Notes: generated from the sequence alone by a model not told the origin. Shown: positions 1-13,314, counted from the whole stretch's first letter. The stretch: 63,860 bases of DNA, filler included, from Octopus bimaculoides (GCF_001194135.2; 5 parts of 5 records of this genome joined end to end with filler, not necessarily neighbours in it), one strand, 5' to 3'. Program-made: numbers and translations.

Positions 1-385
1 GGCTGTGTGGTAAGTAGCTTGCTTACCAACCACATGGTTCCGGGTTCAGTCCCACTGCGTGGCACTTTGGGTAAGTGTCTTCTACTATAGCCTCGGGCCG
101 ACAAAAAACCTTGTGAGTGGATTTGGTAGACGGAAACTGAAAGAAGCCCGTCGTATATATGTATATATATGTGTGTGTATATGTTTGTGTACCTATGTTT
201 GTCCCCCCAACATCGCTCGACAACCGTTGCTGGTGTGCTTACGTCCCCGTAACTTAGCGGTTCGGCAAAAAAGACCGGTAGAATAAGTACTAGGCTTACA
301 AAGAATAAGTCCTGGGGGCGATTTGCTCAACTAAAAGCGGTGCTCCAGCATGACCGCAGTCAAATGACTGAAACAAGTAAAAGAG
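1..385 (+). mobile_element. tRNA-headed SINE family A (CORE-like domain, internal microsatellite)
   Basis: Head with GGTTCCGGGTTCAGTCCC, CORE-like GGCACTTTGGGTAAGTGTC segment, internal (TA)/(TG) tract, 3' tail ...GGTGCTCCAGCATGACCGCAGTCAAATGACTGAAACAAGTAAAAG; more than 12 copies in the window. Confidence 0.85.
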
Positions 386-401
386 GAAAATAGATAGATT
401 G

Positions 402-432
<31 letters not shown>

Positions 433-1392
433 GATGGGTGTACATGTGTCTGTGTACATATATATACATATATACACACATTTATATACACACATACACA
501 TACAAACACGTATATACGTTTGCACCAATGTATGTCGTGTGATTGTATGTGTCTTTTTTTTTAATGTAGATGGGTGCGTGTCTGAGTGTGTTTGCGCGTG
601 CGTTTGTGATACGTTCGCCTGTAAATGAAAAACCAGAAGTGTGTATACATACAGGAAGGTAGCTGTATAAACAAATTTACTCAGATGCTATACAGTTTCA
701 CACAATAGTTTATATTATTGTGGGTATGTAGGGTAGCAAAATAGATTGGTAGGATATGTTAAATTCTCTTAGCTTTCCTTTCGTTTTTCATCGCTCCAGG
801 GGCCATTTCCAAAAGTACAGATAATATTCTGTCTGCATAATTGGATTTATGTGTCTCTTTTATCAATTCATATCGTTTCTAAGAAGCCTACAGATAAACG
901 TACATACACTGACGTTACTTGTGTACTCAAAGATGGCGTTTGTGCATCATTTGCACGACAAGTGTTGTGACTAAGAAAAGTTAACGAAATAATTTGTGCT
1001 GGATGTGAATTTTGGTGCATCTTATTTACCGGGAAAAGAAATAACTATTTCGTACTAGTTCTTATAGAATATTGTCTTCATTCTAAAGAATGGGTGTATT
1101 TACCAAGAAGAACTTCATTAATAAAACAATCCGTTAGTATCACTTAACACTTTATCTTTCTCTCTCTCTGTCTCTATCTTTATCTATCTGTCTATCTATC
1201 ATATATCTATCTCTCCCTTTCTCTTTCTCTCTCTCGCTTCCTCTTTGTAGATGCATACATGTTTCTGTATGTACGTATATATATATATATATATATATAT
1301 NNNNNNNNNNNNNNNNNNNNNNNNNNNNNNNNNNNNNNNNNNNNNNNNNNNNNNNNNNNNNNNNNNNNNNNNNNNNNNNNNNNNNNNNNNNT

Positions 1393-1425
<33 letters not shown>

Positions 1426-1629
1426 CAATTATTTGTGCATGTGTATATATATCTATAGACATGTAAGTAAATGTATATATGCACATATATATAAAGACAA
1501 AATTATGAATAGCAGTACATGTAAATATTTATATGTGTGTGTGTGTGTGTGAATGAATGAGTGAGTTTGTGCGTGTGGTGGGGTGAACTTATGGGAGTGT
1601 ACGCATGCGTATTTGTACATCAGTTTGTA

Positions 1630-3280
1630 CGAAACTCGTGTATTCTGTCTCACTTATATGCTCTTTTCTCAATCTTACGCATGCCACAGTTTATTTTCTT
1701 ATTGGTTCATCTGCAATATTTCAAACAATCTTGTAAGCTCAAAAGTCTTAGTTGACACTCAATAACAATAAACAAAACATCACCATAGAGAAGATACGAT
1801 AACCATTTCGATGCACAAGTCTTTAACTATCGTCACTTGATATTCACCCAAGGGAAATAAACAGATTTCTGAAGTGGAGAGTGTTATAAATTGCGTTTCA
1901 TATTACCATATTTTTGGGCCAACCTTTATTCTTTAATGTTTTTTTACAGAAATATACACATGTATATGAGGGCTGTAGGCTGAACTGTTGAAAGCTTTCA
2001 GTTAAGCGTGTATACATATTTAACAAGCCTAAAAAGACAGGAATAATCATTTGGCAAAACATAATCCAGCGAGTTAGTAAGAAGCTTGCTTTATAACTAC
2101 GTGGTTCCGGGTTCAGTCCCACTTCGTGGTACCTTGGATTCGGCAGAAAAAAGCCGCTGTATGTGTATGTATGTAAGTGTGTGTGTGTGTGTGTGTGTGT
2201 ATTTATTCCCTATCACCGCTTAACTACTGGTGTTTGTGTGTTTACGTGCCCGTAACTTAGCAGTTCGACAGCAGTGAATGCCAGGCTTTAAGAAAAGTAG
2301 TAGGGTCGAAAAAGATTACCAGGCTTTGGGAAAAGTACCAAGGTCCAATGCTCCAGCATGACCGCCGTCTAATGCCTAAGGCAGGTAAAAGATAATAGAT
2401 GATATTTTGGTGGAAAGCTTAATTTCAGTCAGTTTAAAATACAAAGTTTGTATCATAAGACCAGTGACGTTTTGGGGTGGATTGCTATCAAAAGAGTTAA
2501 TGTATCTCAAGCCAGCGAGGAGGTCTCTTCAGGATCATTTATCCTTCAAAAACATAGCCACAAAATTTCTCTAATATCACATCCTTGCAATCTTGAAAAG
2601 AGGTCATTCATATTAGACTGTGTAGACCTAGATACACTATGCATGGAAGCAAGGGAAGCGTGGTTATTATGTTTGTAATAATCTAGCCATAGGTAAGATT
2701 GATCAGAATTGAACTGTGTCGAAGCAACAGCAAAAAAGTGGCAAGAGATTTAGAGTATTTTAGGGTACATTGTTCCATACGACTAAATTAAAAGTGGGGT
2801 TGTAGCACGCAATTTCTAATATTGTATCTATTAACGAGTGAGGTTAAAGGTATTTCTTATGTAACAAATATTATACTTAAGACAAAACAATTATTTCAAC
2901 CGGCATTATTGTGATAATCTGTACAAATATTGAAAGAATGTTCACCGTATGGTATGGTGATGAAACGAGTAATGATATTTGGTGTAAAAACGTTTAAAAT
3001 ATCAAGTGAATCAGTACAATTTTTCTTAAAATTCTGCTTAAAGTTGTTTTCATTTGTGTTCGAAGGCAAATAAAATCATAACAAAAACCAAATGCATGAC
3101 AAAAATATATTATCATAATATATTAGCCATGTTATTAAATACAGCTCTATAAGAAACCATTATGTGTTATTTCATACGGTGAATAATGTTTTTAGTGGAC
3201 TTTATATATTCTGATGCGTACGCACAAACACACATACACACACACACTCACATAGACACACATATATATGTATGTATATA

Positions 3281-3313
<33 letters not shown>

Positions 3314-4085
3314 GTACAATCCGACGATGGCTTAACTGGTCGAAACTTCGCAGTCATAGTCAATAATATTCATGTTGAAAAGTAATATATATATATACGT
3401 ATGTATGTATTTATAAGAATATACACATACATACATATATGAATATATATCAGCAACTGCGTACATAATATATACATTTATATGCGTGCGTGTGCATGTG
3501 TGTGAGTGTGCGTGTACATATATGTTTGTGCATATTATATATAAATGTAAATGTATAGATATGATTTGTGCTGTGCCTGCGTGTGGTTTCTGGCAGTTTA
3601 TGCATATGTTTGTATATGAATGTGGTGGGGTATCATCCATTTGTATAAATCTTACATATTGTAGCTCACATAAACAATATTTTTCTCAACCGGAAGCATG
3701 CCACAACTTGTTTCTCCATCCGTTTCTTCTGCAATATTTCAAACAATCTTGTAAGCTCAAAAGTCGTAGTTGACACTCAATAATAATAAACAAAATATCA
3801 TCATACAGAAGATACGATAACCATTTCGATGCACAAGACTTTCATTGTCGTCACTTGATATTCACCTAAGGGAAATAAACAGATTTCTGAACTGGAGAGT
3901 CTTAGAAGTTGCGTTTCATATTATCATTTTTTAAAATTTAGTCTTTATTCTGTAATGATGTTTTACAGATACATAAACATTTATATGTGAACCTGAAGGC
4001 TGAATTGAAGCACGCTAACAGTTAAGAGCGTAAATATATTTAACAAAGTACAAAAACAGTGGAATAATCAGTTCGCAAAGTAATA
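1630..4085 (+). repeat. Diverged direct repeat of about 430 bp (1630-2065 and 3645-4085)
   Basis: Shared blocks such as CTGCAATATTTCAAACAATCTTGTAAGCTCAAAAGTC and GAAGATACGATAACCATTTCGATGCACAAG. Confidence 0.85.
2070..2395 (+). mobile_element. SINE family A, degraded
   Basis: Head, internal (TG)n and 3' tail match the copy at 1-385. Confidence 0.75.
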
Positions 4086-4447
4086 GAGCCAACTAGCTTC
4101 TTGTTTAATTTGAGACGTTTGATAGTAATTGTTCTGGTGTATCGCTTTTAAGTGTTTCACTTAGCTATATCGATCTCTGTAGTATAACATGTTGTTCTCC
4201 TGGCACTGTTACGTCGATTATTAGGCATTCTTGTTTGTCCCTCCTAAAGGTTACTATATCCGGCCTTCGGTGCTCTAACACTTTGTCTGCCTGGAAGTCA
4301 AGGTATCAAAGGATTTTTGTCTTCCCCTTTTCGTTCATTACCTTTTCCGGTGTATGTTGGTCCAAAGCACCTATTACCTCGTATCCATACTTACCGCATA
4401 GTAGCCAATGAAGGTTGCGGGCTACCTTGTCGTGTCTGTGCTTGTAC

Positions 4448-4513
<66 letters not shown>

Positions 4514-4536
4514 TACTACTACTACTATTACTATTA

Positions 4537-4720
4537 AGGTGGTAGGCTGGCAGAATCGTTAGCACATCAGCCAAAACGCTTACCGGTATTTTGTCTGCCT
4601 TTACGTTCTGAGTTCAAATTCCACCGAAGTTGACTTTGCCTTTCATCCTTTCGGGTTTGATAAAATAAGTACCATTTGAGCACGGGTGGGGTGATGTGAC
4701 TGACTAGCTCCTCGCCCTAA
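4537..4720 (+). mobile_element. SINE family B
   Basis: Match to 15242-15414; follows an (ATT)n tract. Confidence 0.75.
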
Positions 4721-4866
4721 AATAGTGGTGGTAGTGGTGGTGGTAGTAGTAGTAGTAGTATACTATATAATATATCCATATTTCTAGTTTAAATTGAGAG
4801 TTTTAAATGGCCGCTGTTATATTTACTCTTTGTATTTTCCGATTCTTGATAACAGAAAGAGAAACA

Positions 4867-4904
<38 letters not shown>

Positions 4905-5450
4905 GATATTTATTGATTTACAGCAGTGCGTGGTTAATTCGATTCCTATACGTGATTAACAAACAAGAATCTAAAACCAAAATATGGTTAACAATATTGA
5001 CTTTGGGAACGATAAAGAACAACGCCAATAATTATACAACTGACTCGCTAATGGACTCTAAGAAAGGACATATATTTACTGTGTTTTAATTGTGATTCAT
5101 TGTCGTAATCTCTCCATCTAGTTTCACTTATTCTTTCTCGTTCATGCAACAGTTTCTCGATTACCGCCGTGTATTTTTCTCTACACATGCAACCGCAAAC
5201 GTTTCCGCAGATATACCCCAGCCAGTCAGGCGCTCAGTCGGACATGCATACTTACACGCATGCATACATGTGTACGTAGATATATACATACATATAATAT
5301 ATACATACATATAATATATACATACATATAATATATACACGCACAAAGATACAACGTAAATAGCGATTCTAATAGGACTAAATTTGTTTTACAGATTTAA
5401 ATCAAGAATTCTCGTATGCAGATAGATACACATACATACAAATACATATT

Positions 5451-5629
5451 CTTTTATTTAGTTCAGTCATTTGACTGTGGCCATGCTGGAGCACCGCTTT
5501 ACACGAAAAAATCGACCCCAGGACTTACTACTTATTCTATCGGTCTCTTTTGCCGAACCGCTAGTTTCTCGGGACATAAACACACTAACATCGGTTGTCA
5601 AACGATGGTGGGGTGAGAAAAACAGATAC

Positions 5630-5704
<75 letters not shown>

Positions 5705-5874
5705 CATATTTGACGGGCTTCTTTCAGTTGCCGTCTACCAAATCCACTCACAAAGCTTTGGTTGACCTGAGGCTATAGTAGAAGACACTTGCCCAAGGTG
5801 CCACGCAGTAGGACTGAAACCGGAACCGTGTAGCTGGGAAGCAAGTTTCTTACCACACAGCCACTCCTGCGCCT
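5451..5874 (-). mobile_element. SINE family A, full length
   Basis: Reverse complement of family A with a long internal (TA)n; 5' end AGGCGCAGGAGTGGCTGTGTGG at 5874. Confidence 0.85.
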
Positions 5875-6374
5875 ATAACCGAATGAAACTGTTATTAAAT
5901 ACTATGTGTAACTCCTACCGAATGCGTTGAGTAGTTCTGCTTTCTTCCATTCGTTCAATCATTTGTATATGTGTGTTTGTGGGTGTCTATTTGTGCTTGT
6001 GTGTGAGTTCTGTCAAATGTGAAGTCCTCCCTCCCTTTCATTATTTTCTTTTTCATTTCCATATATTTAATTATTAACTGCGTAACTGCCCACTAAAATG
6101 ATTTGTTATTGAAAATATAATTTAACTGACTTTGAACCTCATCGGCAGAGGTGAAATATTTTTTGATATTAAATATTTAGTATTTAATAATATAGATATA
6201 ATTATCAAAAGATATTTCATACGTATTAATGAGGTTTAATAGTCGAAGAAAAATTATAACAACCTTGTTTAATTATTTTCTTTTTAATGTAAACAGTGAG
6301 TGTCTGTATCGGTAATTAATTAGTTAAAATTCCAATAAATTAATTTATTGTGAGGAGATCAGTTCTTGATAATA

Positions 6375-6407
<33 letters not shown>

Positions 6408-7284
6408 ATGAGTTTCGAGAGTGTGCAATTACCAGGGCCGAATAAAGACTCATGGAGGCCCCAAGCACTTAAAAGATTTTGGTGTCCCCTGCCATGTACA
6501 TGTAATTCAAAATATAAACAATAATAAACCATAAAATAAATTCGTTTTTCAAAACGAAACAAAACAGTTAGAGGGAAAATAATATTTATTTTGGTATCCT
6601 TCCACTTTATTTATATTTGAAAAGTTTTATACTTTTTTTTAATTGCAAAATCTTTGATCAGATCCTCACTATGATGCCATGAACACTTCGAAATTATTTC
6701 CGATCACATATACCACTTCGATTATTATCTAAGTAGCTTTAACGTGATCTCTTTTGTGCCGTAAACCATTTACCATTTTTGTGGTACTCGACTTCCCTTG
6801 ATGTCCTAAGCACGTCCTTCGTTTGCTTAATTGTTGATCCAGTGCTGTACATTACCCATAATTATTGCAGACCATTCCACACCGGTGTCGTTAATGTTCA
6901 GTTTAAATCGATGTTGATCAACACAGAAAAAAAAAAACATTGGCGAGTAGGTTGTAGAGGGCGCTTTTCTAGGGAAGAAAGGACTAAGCATTGTGGTTAT
7001 TGCGAGGCCGAAGGGATTGAATACCCGAAAAGAGACGAGAACTGGGAAGACGATTGAATAATGTCGAATAGTTGAGGTACGAGACTAGCAGTCTTCAAGG
7101 AACAGAAGTTATTGTTGTAGCAATAAAAAAAGGAAAACAGTAACCTGTGTGAAAAAGACTGGACGATGATGGTTAATAATCGAATGCCATTTATTCGATC
7201 GGACCTTATCTGGATGCACTCCACAATATCTGTGTGCGTAGTAGCAGCACTGATTCAGATTAGGGAGAAATGTTCCACATTCCA

Positions 7285-7606
7285 TTGGCACTCCATCGAT
7301 TACGACGATGAGTTCATTTGATCCGATCAACGGAACAGTCTACTCGTGAAATTAATGCACAAGTGGCTGAGTCCTCCACAGACACGTGTATCCTTTATGT
7401 AATTTCCAAGGAAATTCAGTGTGACACGGAATGTGCCAAGGCTGGCCCTTTGAAATAAAAGTGCTACTCATTTTTGCCAGCTGCGGGAACTGGAACAACG
7501 TAAAATAAATTGTCTTGCTCAAGGACACAAAATCCCGTTGAGAATTGAACCGACAATCTTATGGTTGTGAGGAAAATACCCTCACTATTAAGCCATGCAC
7601 TTTCAC
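7285..7606 (-). mobile_element. tRNA-headed SINE family C (CORE-like segment)
   Basis: Minus strand GCATGGCTTAATAGTGAGGG...GGTTCAATTCTC...GTGTCCTTGAGCAAGACA...CAGCTGGCAAAAATGAG. Confidence 0.6.
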
Positions 7607-7909
7607 TGATGTATAGAAGGAAGAGAGTGGAGGACAAGACTGAGAATAAGGTAGAATGAGCTTTAGGGTTTTAGGAGAGTATTTTTTCGTGTAGAATATT
7701 GTTTTCTGATGGTAACAAATAAACTGAGGAACGCTGTAGGTTCGCTATCAACAAAAAAGATAACTTTCTCCTAAAAACGGAACTGCATAATTTGCTGATT
7801 TTTCCCGCTCTTCATTATGATGGACCAATCAGAAAGTTCTTTTTTTTAGGAGTAGGTTGTGATCAATTTCATTGATTCCAATTTAATACTGGTACATGCA
7901 GGAACCCAT

Positions 7910-8110
7910 GGCGGTAAGAAAGCAGAATCGTTTGCACCTTGGACAAAATGCTTTATGAAATTTCTTTCAGCTTTTGACGTTCTTAGTTCAAATTCTACCG
8001 AAGCCGACTTTCTTTTCCCCACTTCGGGGTTTTTCATATGAAGTACTAGTCAAATACTGGAGTCGATGTAATCGACTTGATCTTCCTTTCCCTCAAAATT
8101 GTTAGCCCTG
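7910..8110 (+). mobile_element. SINE family B, degraded
   Basis: GCAGAATCGTT...AGTTCAAATTCTACCGAAGCCGAC...GGAGTCGATGTAATCGAC. Confidence 0.7.
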
Positions 8111-8977
8111 AATCCTTCAACAGAACAGAATCCAGTTCAGGGGTATTGTTGGGAATTCGGTCAATTATATGCCATGTAAACCGAGTAACCAATTCTTTTG
8201 AGCCCTAAGAAAAATAGGAACCAAGCATTTTGAATTTGGTGGGGTTTGATCTCTGTATAATGTCAAAAGCGTAATCTGATATTTAATCCAACGCCCTCTA
8301 TCTCCGCCAAACAGTACAAACCGTAGTTTTATTTCTTTTTAATCAAAACTTATTAGGTTTCATTTGTTAGCTAATGCTCATTAAAACTAACCAATTATAT
8401 TTTAAAGAATAATTAGATTTAGACCAATTAGATTTTCACTTTTTCATTCAAATATTATTTTAACATTAATATTTAAAAAAATTTTTGGTTCAGTTTATTT
8501 TCTTGAAATTGTACATTGACATATATCATTAATTTTGTGGAAGTCACTTCTAACTCGGTTATATCGATTTTTCGATTAAATTTTTTATTTTCTATTTTTT
8601 TTTTTAGATACAAACGAGTGTCATAAGTGAAATTATGAACATTTTCAAAGGTTTCGACATGAAAGATTATTGCCTCACCAATGACTTGCTAGAAATAGCA
8701 GATAGTCCACCCTTCAAATCAAAAGAAACCCTTAATGTGTCTTAATCCTCTTAGGGCACCCAGACCGATCGATCAGCCCAAGTGATACAAGCTGAAAGGA
8801 GTTTGAGATCGATCTATCGGCCTGATGAAACAAACGTTGTGAATGGTTGGTTTTGAAGTGTAACAGCTAATCAGAGATCGGTTTTCAGTAGACGTATCGC
8901 AATAGAAAAAAACTTTTGGTCTTTTTGGCTACACATACCAAAACACCGTATGTCTCAAAAGAGCTAAGACTTTAGGG

Positions 8978-9429
8978 CAGCGGTTTTCAACAGGGGTTCA
9001 TATGACCCCCTAAGGGTCCATGTAAGATTTTGTTGTTAAAACTTATGAGCAATAAACTGGTTATACTTCCACAATACACAAAGAAACATTCTTTTATTCT
9101 TTTACTTGTTTCAGGCATTTGACTGCGGCCATGCTGGAGCACCACCTTTAGTCGTATATATATATATATGTACGACGGGCTTCTTTCATTTTCCGTCTAC
9201 CTAATCCATTTTGGTCGGCCAGAGGCTATAGTAGAAGACGCCTAAGGTGCCAAGCAGTAGGAATGAACTCGGAACCATGTGGTTGGGAAGCAGGCTTCTT
9301 ATTTTTTTTATACAATTCTTAACATTTAATTTTAAAAATATAATGGGATTTTTTAAAACATGGTTAGGACAACAGAACAAAATAGGAACGGAAGGGGGCC
9401 CCTAGACCAAACACGACTGAGAACCACGG
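8978..9429. mobile_element. hAT-like MITE interrupted by a SINE
   Basis: Imperfect TIRs CAGCGGTTTTCAA and TGAGAACCACGG resemble hAT CAGTGGTTCTCAA termini; TSD is not clean. Confidence 0.55.
9091..9300 (-). mobile_element. SINE family A, internally deleted, nested in a hAT-like MITE
   Basis: Reverse-complement head and tail segments of family A. Confidence 0.75.
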
Positions 9430-9519
9430 CTGAAGAGAAAAAGACACTTAGAAACGGCTGAGAAAATTTAAGAGACTTTTGAATTCTTTTTCCATAGACG
9501 TAAGTCTCACCCGATCTCG

Positions 9520-9685
9520 ACTGCGTGGCACCTTGGGCAAGTATCTTCTACTGTCCCCTCGAACTGACGAAAGCCTTGTCAGTGGATTTGGCGTGCTGGG
9601 GTCGATTCATTCAACTAAAATTCTTCAAGTCGATGCCCCAGCGTGACTGCAGTCTAATAACTGAAATAAGTAACAAATAAAAGGT
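9520..9685 (+). mobile_element. SINE family A fragment
   Basis: CTGCGTGGCACCTTGGGCAAGTATCTTCTAC...GTGGATTTGG and the 3' tail. Confidence 0.65.
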
Positions 9686-9760
9686 AAAATGGGATTAGGT
9701 CTATAAACTGGGAGGTAGAGGTGTTGGTTGATAAATCTATGTCAATATTCATAAGTACGA

Positions 9761-9930
9761 AGGCGGCGAGCCGGTCTTTACGTTTCGAGTTCAAATTCCA
9801 CCGAGGTCGCCTTCGCCTTTTCATCTTTCTCGGGGTCGATAAAATAAGTACCAGTTGGACACTGGGGTCGATGTAATCGATTGCCCTCTCCACCCCCTCC
9901 CCTGAATTTGCTGGCCTCGTACCAAAATTT
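9761..9930 (+). mobile_element. SINE family B
   Basis: AGGCGGCGAGC...GAGTTCAAATTCCACCGAGGTCG...ATAAGTACCAG...GGGGTCGATG. Confidence 0.8.
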
Positions 9931-11078
9931 GAAACCAATATTGACCTCGGTGGAAATTCTGCCAATGATAAAGGTTTCTATTGTAGATAAAAAAAATTCC
10001 CAAATTTTGAAGCGAGTGAATTAGTTGATTACATCGATCCCAATACTTTACTGGTACTTTATTTCATCTACCCAATGGAAGCGCGTGGCTTAGTTGAGAG
10101 AACATTCNNNNNNNNNNNNNNNNNNNNNNNNNNNNNNNNNNNNNNNNNNNNNNNNNNNNNNNNNNNNNNNNNNNNNNNNNNNNNNNNNNNNNNNNNNNNN
10201 NNNNNNNNNNNNNNNNNNNNNNNNNNNNNNNNNNNNNNNNNNNNNNNNNNNNNNNNNNNNNNNNNNNNNNNNNNNNNNNNNNNNNNNNNNNNNNNNNNNN
10301 NNNNNNNNNNNNNNNNNNNNNNNNNNNNNNNNNNNNNNNNNNNNNNNNNNNNNNNNNNNNNNNNNNNNNNNNNNNNNNNNNNNNNNNNNNNNNNNNNNNN
10401 NNNNNNNNNNNNNNNNNNNNNNNNNNNNNNNNNNNNNNNNNNNNNNNNNNNNNNNNNNNNNNNNNNNNNNNNNNNNNNNNNNNNNNNNNNNNNNNNNNNN
10501 NNNNNNNNNNNNNNNNNNNNNNNNNNNNNNNNNNNNNNNNNNNNNNNNNNNNNNNNNNNNNNNNNNNNNNNNNNNNNNNNNNNNNNNNNNNNNNNNNNNN
10601 NNNNNNNNNNNNNNNNNNNNNNNNNNNNNNNNNNNNNNNNNNNNNNNNNNNNNNNCATATATATATAGGGTGATAAATTGAATATTAATTCAATTTAAAA
10701 CCAAGTAGCCTAGCATATAAAAAAATCTGAAAATTCAGAAAAAATTGTACTACACGTGTATAAGGGATGACCGCTAGGTGCACATCCAATATGCTAGAAA
10801 GAGGTCATCAACGACCCAACCACAAAGAAAAATAATGTTCTCCAGAAAAATTTCGCCAAAACACCAGAACAGGACATTTCTCAATGTGTCCTGTTCTGGT
10901 GCTTTTGCGAAATTATACCGTAGCTGTGAACCATTTCTAGGCCCGTATATATCATAAAATGCTTCATATTTCCCTCTTGTTTTCCAGTCGATTTTCGTCC
11001 TAATTATATTTGATTTTCTTTCTTCTTTCTCTATATTCAGAAGCTGTTGCATCCATATTTCTGCTTTCTATCCTGTAG

Positions 11079-11202
11079 GTACATTGCTATTCGACATCCC
11101 TTGAAGGCAAAGTACATATGTACGCTGGTGCATGCGAGGTTAGTGATAATGGGCGTCTGGATTTTGTCGTTCATCGGATCCCTTCCTGTTTTGTTTGGAC
11201 AA
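11079..11202 (+). CDS. Internal exon of a class A (rhodopsin-like) neuropeptide-type GPCR: end of TM3, ICL2, TM4
   Basis: Acceptor ttctatcctgtAG at 11077-78, donor CAA|GTAAGT at 11203. Starts in phase 2 (AG|G = Arg of the E/DRY motif), then YIAIRHPLKAKYICTLVHARLVIMGVWILSFIGSLPVLFGQ, containing the RYxAIxHPL motif and the TM4 Trp and Pro. Confidence 0.93.
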
Positions 11203-11247
11203 GTAAGTAACGAGAAACTTGTTATATCTAATCTTATATTTCGAAAA

Positions 11248-11425
11248 TTGTTTCAATCATTGGACTGCGGCCATGCTGGGACATCGCTCTGAAGGGTTTA
11301 GCCGAATGGGTTTAGTAGTTATTTTTTTCAATTTTGGTACCTATTTTCTATCGGTCTCTAATTTTGATTTACGGGGACACAAACATATCAACACCGGTTG
11401 TCAAGCAGTGATGTGGGACAAAGGC
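11248..11425 (-). mobile_element. SINE family A, 3' half, in GPCR intron
   Basis: TTTCAATCATTGGACTGCGGCCATGCTGG...GGTTGTCAAGC is the reverse complement of the family A 3' half. Confidence 0.7.
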
Positions 11426-11618
11426 TGACAGACAGACAAGCACACACACGCATATATACATAAAACGAATCAAACATCTTTTAAAAGTTTTAGCAAGCAG
11501 TATCTTTACTCTTCTTTTCTTCAAATATTCCATGTTATATCTGTTTAGGTAGAAGTCTTGCTAGCCACCTCATTAGTACCGTTTTTAACACTAATAATAC
11601 TTCACATATTTACTCTTT

Positions 11619-11664
<46 letters not shown>

Positions 11665-13265
11665 TGTATGTATGTATGTATGTATGTATGCATGCTTGTA
11701 TCTATACACACATGTATATACGAGCCGACAAAGTAGAGACTATGCATCGCTGCGCTATGGGGAAAATACTAGCCTTATCTCCCTCACCTCATAGCTTCCT
11801 GTCTTAAGTAAAACGTTACTGGATATGACAATCCTACATATAATATAGTGAGAGAGAAACAAAAACCTACGGATGGTCATTTCTGGAATTCCTTTTGTTG
11901 TCATCAGTCCATTTCGACAGAGCTGACCTGAGAATGGTCACTAAACAACATCAACATCAACGACATGCTTGTGTAGACAATGTGTACATTTCTAAACACA
12001 CTATTCAAACATGTGTTCGAATACCTTTTCAAGAGATCGCATAACAAGGTTTAGGACAAAGAAACCTTTGTCACAAGAAACCTTATGTCTGATTACGATG
12101 GAAATACTTTTCTCATTGACGAACTCAAAGCAGATGTATTAACGAGGCAACACAGTTTGCCGTTGACCGGATGTAATATTATCCGTTCATTCATTCATTT
12201 CGTTTCTTGGTTTCCTATTTTATCCATCTACAGCACATCTAAAACAATGTTTAGACGAGTAGGACTGGCTGTTTGGTTAAAAATTCGGTTAAGAATTTCG
12301 CTTAGCAATTACTTGGTTCGTGTTGGAGAGTTAAGATACACATTACGTAGATATTTGTTTCTGTTTTCGGTTTAAGCCATTCGTTTCGCAAAACTTTGGT
12401 ATCTGTTGAGGAATTAAGACGTTTTCTTTGTAACAATCTCGTTTGTCTTGTGCGGTTAAGAAATTCACTTCGCAGTGACTTTAAAGTATTTGGTCTGCAT
12501 TATCAGAATCATGCTGTTATTCCCAGAGCACATTGTCTGACTTCAAAATGCATATTCATTCATTTAGAATGGAAGTTAAGCTATTTTTCTATCTTGAAAT
12601 ATGTGTGACTATGTGCGTGTGAAAAAATATAGATATACATACGTGTGTGTGTCTTTGTGTGTGTGTCTATGTGTGTGTGTGTGTCTTGTGTTTGTACCTC
12701 GTGACCGTTTGACAACCGGTGTTGGTTTATTTACGTCCCTCTTGAGATATCTCTTCGGCAATATAGGGGCCGACATAATAGGTATCAAGTTTAAAATAAA
12801 CACAGTGTAGTCGACTTGTTCGACTCAGACGTTCAAACTTTGCTCCAACATGGTCGCAGTCAAAAGACAAGATAAAAAACACACACATATATGTGTATGT
12901 ATCTGTGTATGTGTGTATATATACGTGTATGTATGTATGTGGTTGTTTGTGTGTATATATGTGTGTATGTATGTGTGTGAGATCAGTGCTTGTGTGTCAC
13001 TTCGAAAATTATATACTTCGAACAACAACTGGTGTCGCCATCTCTAGCCAAGCGATTATTCGGTGATGATGAAGAGAAATAACCCAGACGTCATTGGTAC
13101 ACAAATATTGCTTTGAGCTGAGTGCGGATGCTAGCTACCTTGTCCGAAAATATAAGGACGCAGTTAGTGCGTCGATAGCCAGCTGGAGACAATATTTTCC
13201 TGGGGCTAAATAATAGCAACATTGGTCCTAATCAGGATTGCCATTTTATATTGGTAAATAAACTT

Positions 13266-13314
<49 letters not shown>

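Noticed and set aside
6433-6500. CAGGGCCG... hAT-like terminus
   Set aside because: No matching opposite end or TSD found.
8822-8841. CTGATGA-AAC-AAACGTTGTG resembling the hammerhead core
   Set aside because: No stem II and no stem I pairing; at best a deleted relic and could be chance.
11875-11910. Minus-strand CTGATGA...GAAA spacing
   Set aside because: The intervening sequence cannot form stem II.
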